Shown: in pieces, positions 22,022 through 29,447 of the stretch
Position numbering within the stretch: the stretch's first letter is position 1
How the letters are laid out: every line of letters begins with the position of its first letter
DNA from: Octopus sinensis
Lineage: Eukaryota
Reading direction: 5' to 3'
DNA length: 29,447 nt
NCBI RefSeq assembly: GCF_006345805.1
Contig: NW_021833501.1
Coordinates: 1-29,447 of the forward strand
The notes under the pieces: model-generated
What the model was told of the DNA's origin: nothing
What the model saw: the letters and a program-made list of their open reading frames with translations, nothing else
Database searches by the model: none
Position numbers and translations under genes: made by a program

Positions 22022-22639
22022 CCTGGGAGAGACAAATATACACGAGGCGTCTGTATCGAAGCCTACGGGATATCCGACTTAAAATTTTCAAGACTGACGT
22101 ATTCGCGCCAAACTTATCAACAGTAAATATAAACTGCCGCTTCAATCTCAGAATTATTCAGAAAATTATCAATTAGTCAATTTAGGGTAGCAAAAAATTC
22201 AATAGAAATCTATCGCAACCAGCGGCCTGGTGAAAAAAAGAAAATAGTCATCGACTAAATATATAAATATAACGATTTAGGAGTGACCCCAACAGGTCAC
22301 TCGTCCACCAGAAAGAGCAGCCATAACTCACACCGCCAAGTATTATTAATTCAGAAATTAGGTGAAAATTTAAAAACATTTACCCTAATTCATCTTTTAG
22401 ACGTGCAACGTTTCTGTGTCATTAATGATTAAATTAGCTTAATTAAATTAAATTAAGCCAATCTACCATAGGTTACACTAAATTGACTAATTGATAATTT
22501 TCTGAATAATTCTGAGATTGAAGCGGCAGTTTATATTACTGTTGATAAGTTGGCGCGAATACGTCAGTCTTGAAAATTTTAAGTCAGATATCCCGTAGGC
22601 TTCGATACAGACGCCTCGTGTATATTTGTCTCTCCCAGG

Positions 22640-22739
22640 TCTTTACTGATGAAGTGTAACCTATGGTAGATTGGCTTAATTTAATTTAATTAAGCTAATT
22701 TAATCATAATGACACAGAAACGTTGCAACGTCTAAAAGA
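22640..22739 (+). ncRNA. Type I hammerhead ribozyme, inverted arm
   Basis: TCTTTA 22640-45, CTGATGA 22646-52, 64-nt stem II region (GTGT/ACAC base plus ~20-bp inner stem), GAAA 22717-20, palindromic ACGTTGCAACGT stem III, GUC ending at 22732, TAAAAGA 22733-39. There is an A.A apposition at the base of stem II. Confidence 0.8.
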
Positions 22740-22859
22740 TGAATTAGGGTAAATGTTTTTTAAATTTCACCTAATTTCTGAATTAATAATACTTGGCGGT
22801 GTGAGTTATGGCTGCTCTTTCTGGTGGACGAGTGACCTGTGGGGGTCACTCCTAAATCG

Positions 22860-22896
<37 letters not shown>

Positions 22897-23477
22897 TATC
22901 ACATATATTTAGCCACTTTAAAGTGATCATGGGCAATATTTTTGCTTCTTATACTGCTTCTTTCATGAACAGAGATTTTCTAACATTTTAGTGTCCTAGT
23001 CACACAATCAATGACACTATTTTCTATATATTGCAATATATAGTAAATCCTGACATGCCTGGCCACGACTACCCACCTCTAAGGAGATCAAATACAGATC
23101 GAAACCTGTGGGCTAGAGTCTTTAAGCTAGTGAAGCAGGTGTTATCTCCCGATTGCACTAAATATCGAGTGTGAGAAGCGAACTGAATAAATCAACTGAT
23201 GTGTTCCTGTGGTTAAATGGCAGTATAGTCGTATCGTAGACGACAGATAGATAGATAGATAAATAGAAAGAGAGAGAGAGAGAGAGAGAGAGATAATATA
23301 GATTAGATATATATTTACAAATATATATATATAAATACACAAATACAAGCAGATATATGTATATGAGATAGATGTATGCATGTATAAAATATTATTTAGT
23401 ATCTCTAATGATTTTCTCTGCCTCCCAAACCGTTGGTTTTTTATACAATTCTACAATATAGAATTTCTTCAGTGCTA

Positions 23478-23489
23478 GTATATATATAT

Positions 23490-23578
<89 letters not shown>

Positions 23579-23616
23579 TGCATGCATGTATGTATGAAAT
23601 ACTTACATAACTATAA

Positions 23617-23663
<47 letters not shown>

Positions 23664-23670
23664 CATATAT
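23478..23670. repeat. (TA)n/(TATG)n compound microsatellite
   Basis: Read directly. Confidence 0.95.
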
Positions 23671-23679
23671 ATGCATGTA

Positions 23680-24440
23680 CGAGGTCGTTTCGAAATTTCA
23701 CGAACGAGTTCTATAGCACGCAAACGATTTTATGCGATGTGATAGCTAGCAGTGACCTTCATGAGGCAGCCTTCTGAGTGACATCGCTGTATATACTCCG
23801 CAAGATGTGGAATTTGCATTTCGGTGATAATGTCATCTGCGATTCTTGTCATGAAGAGGAAATTGGAAGAAATGAAGAAAGTGTAATTTTACGTTAAAAT
23901 TGGGAAGTCTGCTACAGAGAGATTGAGCATGCTTTGGAAAACTTATGGCGGCGAGACAGTGGGTCGTATGTAATGTTTCGACTGTATGGGCGCACGAAAA
24001 AATCACTGCTTAATCAAGACCATGTTCATCATTTTTTCCGACATCCTCGGTATTGTGCATTGGGAGCTTTTTCGGAGAGGACGTTCGGCGAAAATGACCG
24101 GTTCTGTGATTCGCGATGTATTGAATTTTTCACGACAACAATGCACCTATCACCTCACTCGTAAGTTTCTTGCCAAAAGCAACATGCTATCGCTTCTGCA
24201 CCTGCCCTATTCGCCAGATTTACCACTTGCTGACTTGCATGTGTTCCTCAAGATGAAAAATCAGCTCAGAGGTCGAGATCAAGAGCGAATTTAACACCTT
24301 CATCGAGTTCAAGAGGTCCTCGACTCGCCTATGGAAAACTACGTCCAGGTCGTAGATTCCAAAAGTGTCAGAAAAGCCGGGGCAGTTGTATTATTGCTCA
24401 GGTAACATGAGTTACTTTTATCAAACATAGCTCGGTCAGG
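23680..24440 (+). mobile_element. Internally deleted mariner-like element
   Basis: TA|CGAGGTCGTTTCGAAA left TIR-like end. Translation gives FYVKIGKSATE..ML..TYG (HTH), IKTMFIIFSDILGIVHWE and KFLAK.N...L.HLPYSPDL..AD..VF.KMKNQLRG. The right TIR is not recognisable. Confidence 0.85.
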
Positions 24441-24445
24441 AATTT

Positions 24446-24540
24446 TATATATACGACGGGTTTCCTTCAGTTACCGTGTACCCAATTAACTAACATACAC
24501 GGGTTTGTTCGGTTGGAGACCAGAGTACACGCAGAAGGAC
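24446..24540 (-). mobile_element. SINE 3' fragment, degenerate
   Basis: TATATATACGACGGGTTTCCTTCAGTTACCGTGTACC resembles the reverse complement of the octopus SINE tail as I recall it. It overlaps the 3' half of the 12188 copy in sequence type. Confidence 0.55.
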
Positions 24541-24902
24541 TAAATACACAAGCAAATTCTTATCACACAACCATGCCAACGCCTAAGCGTATGCACACAC
24601 ACTCTCACACACACACACAGACACACACTCACTCACACACAAACACACACACACTCACTCACACACACAATACACACACTCACGTTTGACGGAAATGGGA
24701 AATGGATTTTACGAGATTCGTTAATCATTACTGCCGTTTCAACCCGTCTGCAATCGGCCCCTCACGGATGAGATAATGGTCGATTGGCCGCGGTGCATCT
24801 TTCTTTGCAGATGTTTCTCATCAGTTGACATTTCAAAAAGTACTCTGCTCAATAAACTCGGTTTTACTTGGTTCGATTATAATGTATTTCGTTAGTTAAT
24901 AC

Positions 24903-24903
<1 letters not shown>

Positions 24904-24959
<56 letters not shown>

Positions 24960-24961
24960 AT
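24904..24961. repeat. (TAA)n, left flank of the Dong/R4 element
   Basis: Read directly. Confidence 0.95.
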
Positions 24962-25193
24962 AAAGCAGGAGGAGGAGAACACCGGTGACGTTTAACATGT
25001 GAGAACGATAAAACAGGGCTCCGAAATCTATCCACAAACATCGAAAACAAAGAGATCGTATGGAGCCAAAAATTAACTGACCAAGGACTATATCCGAGTA
25101 AGTAATACTCATTGAAATTTATTACTATTTTCCAAACGAAATTACGTATTTTAACTCGATATCATCTCCACCTCTAACACAACACATGTAAAC

Positions 25194-28100
25194 ATGCTCG
25201 ATACATTACGATCGATCAACACCAGATCATCTCCGGCCCCAAACACCATGTACAAAAAAACTACAAATAAATTAAATAATACCGATATTATTCAACCCAA
25301 GAATAACAATCGGGAAGTACGTACTTTAAACTTACAACATAAAATGTACGAAAGACTACACGTGCAAAACAATGTGACGATAGAAATGAACGGACCGGTA
25401 CCCTACGGAAATGACGACCGTCAAAGTAATGGGCCGGACGTTGTTCCTTATGTCCCGCAAATAAAACCCAAAAGACATAAATGGACATTTGAGGAATACA
25501 TTTCTATCCTACACGCTCCGTTTACAGCAGTGCTCTACCCAGAGAATGAAAACACAAACAACATACATATAAAATATGGAAGAAAAATAACATAAATATA
25601 GACTTGGATACAGCAATGAACCCTAATAAACTAGCTAACGTACAAAGATATATTCTCAACGCAAAATATAATATCAGAAATAGAAATAGAACATTTAAAA
25701 GAAAAAATACATCAGTAAAATGTAGATAGAAGCCACACAACAATGCCCAATAATATAAACACTGAAACAGTAAAACACGAAGACAAACGTAACATTTCCA
25801 ACAAAAACGATGTAAACAAAAAAACAACAAACCCAGACCGTAAGGATGCATAATAATACACGACAAACAGCAGCAAGCCAACACAACAGACAAACATACG
25901 AACGTGAAAAAAAGCGACACAAATGTAAAACCTGGAAACAACGAAGGTGAGCCTAATGATTATGATAATATAAAAAGTAGAATAATCAAAGAACTGAAAA
26001 ACACAGATCTCAAGATGGACCACCGACCATACCTCCCAAAAATCAAAATAGACAAAACAACAACATCAATTATAAACAGCATAAACCTAGCCATCACAGA
26101 ACTAATAGCCACTGAAACAAGTAGCGATATCACTGAGCAAAATGACTTAGTATATGCAGCAGCCACTGCAGCCACAAAAGAAGCTAGATACTCCCTCAAA
26201 CCCATCCAAACAGGAGTACCACCACCCAAACAAACCCTGTGGATAAATAACATCCAAAAGAAAATACAAAAAATGAGAAACGATCTGTCGATTCTTAATG
26301 AAATCAGCAAACAATCAACGCTACTGAGCAACAAAAAGAAAACAAAAATACTGAGCAAATACAACATCATAGAAAAGGATTTACCTGAGATAAAAGAAAA
26401 ACTAAAGCAAGATATCCTTGCCAAAGCACAAAGGATCCGCCGGTATGAGAAACGCCAACGTTTCTTTGAACAAAACATAGAGTTCAACTCCAACCCCAAA
26501 AAGTTCTACCAAGAGCTTGGCGAAATTAAAATAGACATCACTGCAGCACCAACGGCAGAAGAAGTGGAAGAATTCTGGAAAGGAATATGGTCGGCGAATG
26601 AACAACCAAACAAAAGGTGTATTAAAACAACAAACATAGCATCTGAGCAACTTTGGACCCCATAACAACTGAAGAGGTCACCCAGGCACTGCAAAGACTA
26701 AGCAACTGGAAGGCACCTGGGCATGACAAGATCCCCAACTTCTGGTTGAAATATCTACCAGGTATACGAAAAACGCTGGCTGAAAGCTTTAACAACATAC
26801 TGGCAGAACCAGAGACAATGCCTGAATGGCTCACGAAGGGGAAAACCATCTTAATTCCCAAATCCAATGAGACAGCAAAACCAGAAACTGCAGACCTATA
26901 ACCTGTCTCCCTACAATTTACAAAGCATTTACTGCAATAATATCACAAAGATTAAACAAGCACCTGGACAAAAACCACCAGTTCCAGAAGAGCAGAAAGG
27001 ATGCCGCAAAGGCTCATATGGCTGTAAAGATCAACTAATGATCAATAAAGACATAACTGAAGACAGCCACAGAAAGAAGAAAGGCCTCAGTATGGCATGG
27101 ATCGACTACAGAAAGGCGTTTGATAGCATCCCCCACACATGGATCCTCGAAACACTAGCCATTAACAAAGTAGCACCAACAATTATAAAATCCATAGAAC
27201 ACTCTATGAATAAATGGCAAACAGTGCTACAGCTCCAAACAAAAGAGGGACTCATGAAAACCAAAGCCATCCCCATTAGGATAGGAATATTCCAGGGAAA
27301 CACGCTCTCCCCACTCCTTTTCTGCTTAGCACTGTCACCTCTATCTGATATGCTAAAAAGAACTGGATGCAGATATAAATGTTACAGCAAAACGATCAGC
27401 CACCTTTTATATATGGATGAGCTAAAACTATACGCTGCAAATGACAAACAGCTGGAAACACTATTAAAGACAGTTCATGGATTTACCAAAGAAATAGATC
27501 TGAAATTTGAATTAGAAAAATGCACCAAAGTAACCCTGATAAGAGGAAAACTAGTTAAGAGTAGCAACATCACACTAGATAAAACCAATGAAATGAAAGA
27601 ATTAGACCAAAGCCAAACTTACAAATACTTAGGAATCCATGAACTAGATAAGACACAACACACACAAATGAAAGAGAAAATAAAAAAAGAATATATAGAC
27701 GAGTTAGATCAATACTAAAAACAGAGCTCAATGCTAAAAACAAGATAATAGGCATTAACACTTTAGCCGTTCCAGTTGTAAGTTACAGCTACAGCATCCT
27801 TAACTGGTCACTAAATGAACTGACCAAAATAGATAGGAAAACAAGAAAAATAATGACAGGATCTAGGATGCATCACCCAAAGTCTGACATAGAAAGACTA
27901 TATATGCAACGTATAAAAGGTGGTAGAGGCCTTATACAACTGGAAAACTACTATAAAATAACCACGATAGGACTTCAAAAATATCTACTTCAGAAGGAAG
28001 GAAAACTGATACAAATAGCGGCAAAACACGAGCAAAACCAAAAAACAGTTCTCAGTATCTAAGGAAGCTGACAAATACAAACAAGAAATCATACCACCTA

Positions 28101-28920
28101 ATAAATATGAAGAAGAAGAAGAAGAAGAAGAAGAAGAAGAAGAGAAGAAGAAGAAGAAGAAGAAGAAGAAGAAGAAGAGAGAAGAAGAAGAGAAACAATA
28201 AAAGCTATAAAACAAATGAAATCCAAAATAAAAATAGAACAGCAACGAACCATGATAAAACGATGGCAAGAAAAGCCCCTTCATGGTAAATACTGCACTA
28301 AACTAAACGCAAAAGAAATAGACAAAGAAAAATCCCAGCAATGGTTGAGAAATATTACAAGTAACTGCAGAATATGTGGAGATGGACAAGAAACAATAAA
28401 TCATATTATCTCTGGCTGTCCAGTTCTGGCTAAGAAAGAATATATTCACAGACACGACAGTGTTGGGACCTACATACACTGGAAGCTATGCCAACATTAT
28501 GGAATAACAACAGAAAAAATGGCATAAGCACACACCATAAAAGGGCACAGAAAACGAGAAAGCAACCATAATCTGGAATATGCCGATAAACACAGATGGA
28601 GAAATTAAGGCCAACAGACCAGATATAGTTGTCAGAGATCATGAGGGAAAAATGCTTTCTAATTGACGTATCAATACCAGCAGATGACAACGTGTCTCTA
28701 AAAGAAATGGAGAAACTTCCAAAATAGAAATAGAGGTAACCAGGATGTGGAATCTAAAAACAGAAACAATTCCTATCATAGTAGGTGCATTAGGCATGAT
28801 AAAAAATATTCAGACAAATACATAACAAAAACACCAGGACTTACAAACACATATAACATACAGAAAATTGCACTACTAGGCACTGCACACATCCTACGCA
28901 GAACACTTTCCATACAATAA
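25194..28920 (+). pseudogene. RT - zinc knuckle - restriction-like endonuclease polyprotein, frameshifted
   Basis: WKAPGHDKIPNFWLK, PEWLTKGKTILIPK, EEQKGCRKG, WIDYRKAFDSIPH, GIFQGNTLSPLLF, LLYMDELKL (27410-27421), KYLGI, CRICG...ETINHIISGC (from 28366), NRPDIVV..LIDVSIP. Ends ALLGTAHILRRTLSIQ*. The start codon is uncertain. Confidence 0.92.
28109..28193 (+). repeat. (GAA)n tract inside the retrotransposon ORF
   Basis: Read directly. It is interrupted by GAGA units. Confidence 0.95.
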
Positions 28921-29014
28921 CCATCAGAGCATCACAACAAATCACAGCACATACCCAAGGCACACAAAGCTGCGCTCGGTAGGGATGTGAAAGCACGCTA
29001 TAAAAATAAAACTA

Positions 29015-29017
<3 letters not shown>

Positions 29018-29073
<56 letters not shown>

Positions 29074-29150
29074 TAATAATAATAAAAATAATAATAATAT
29101 GAAGAAGAAGACGAAGGAAAACAACAACAACAACAACAATAACAACGAAG
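29018..29150. repeat. (TAA)n right flank, followed by short (GAA)n and (CAA)n
   Basis: Read directly. Confidence 0.95.
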
Positions 29151-29447
29151 AAGTCGGTGATAAAGAAAAAGTAATATGAGTAGCAAAAAAACAGACAAGA
29201 TGGACAAGCAAAACAATAACAAGAAAATTTGGGAATGAGGATAGAAATGATAATAAAAATATATCAACATAAGTAAAATTATCAGACATACACACAGACA
29301 CAAACGTACGAGGGACACACCAAACGTTGTTTTATGTTGTGGACGACTAGCTACATTAACATCCTTCCTAAAGAAATTGAAACGGAATATGCAGCCATCA
29401 CACTGCACAGTTTGGCCAAATTGCCCCAGCTGTAGCTCGCTGTACAA

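Larger units (their letters stand above)
21232..22865. repeat. ~472-bp HHR-containing tandem array (2.6 units) plus inverted 0.8-unit arm, flanked by (TA)n on both sides
   Basis: Units start at 21232, 21702 and 22175. Unit 3 breaks at 22479, and 22480-22865 is the reverse complement of the unit. (TA)n lies at about 21195-21231 and from 22861. Confidence 0.93.
24962..29017 (+). mobile_element. Near-full-length Dong/R4-clade non-LTR retrotransposon (RLE type) inserted in (TAA)n
   Basis: Single broken ORF with RT, CCHC and RLE motifs. (TAA)n lies on both sides. (TAA)n targeting is established for Dong elements. Confidence 0.88.

Noticed and set aside
21232-22865. CRISPR array, or a simple long-read foldback chimera
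   Set aside because: The units are ~472 bp with no unique spacers. The inversion is asymmetric by about 300 nt rather than a mirror around the junction. Read-level confirmation is still needed.
24420-24460. Right TIR of the mariner element
   Set aside because: No convincing reverse complement of the left end. A SINE tail occupies the position.
24962-25085. HDV-like ribozyme at the Dong/R4 5' end (GGCTCC/GGAGCC pairing)
   Set aside because: I could not build P2, P3, P1.1 or J4/2 around this helix.

Overview
AT-rich, microsatellite-dense animal DNA made almost entirely of decayed mobile elements. I could not support any intact host gene. The tRNA-type SINEs, the (TAA)n-inserted Dong/R4 element and the (TA)n density suggest an octopus/cephalopod genome (inference from recalled repeat families, not a search). 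Contents in order: a 0.48-kb terminally redundant element carrying a type I hammerhead ribozyme (HHR); unassigned sequence (about 1.3-4.7 kb); Penelope-like RT and LINE 3' fragments; a 740-bp tandem duplicate with a minimal HHR variant; a foldback element; about 12 kb of nested Helitrons, one with a nearly complete but dead RepHel gene (spliced first exon, 23-aa STPR-like repeats) and a second inserted at a reconstructible A^T site; a ~472-bp HHR-containing tandem array with an inverted arm in (TA)n; a deleted mariner; and a near-full-length Dong/R4 retrotransposon in (TAA)n. The strongest lead is the HHR array. Its junction geometry resembles twin-primed reverse transcription of a template at least 3.4 units long, which would fit a circular-RNA (retrozyme-like) intermediate. 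Most ORFs in the supplied track are microsatellite artefacts.
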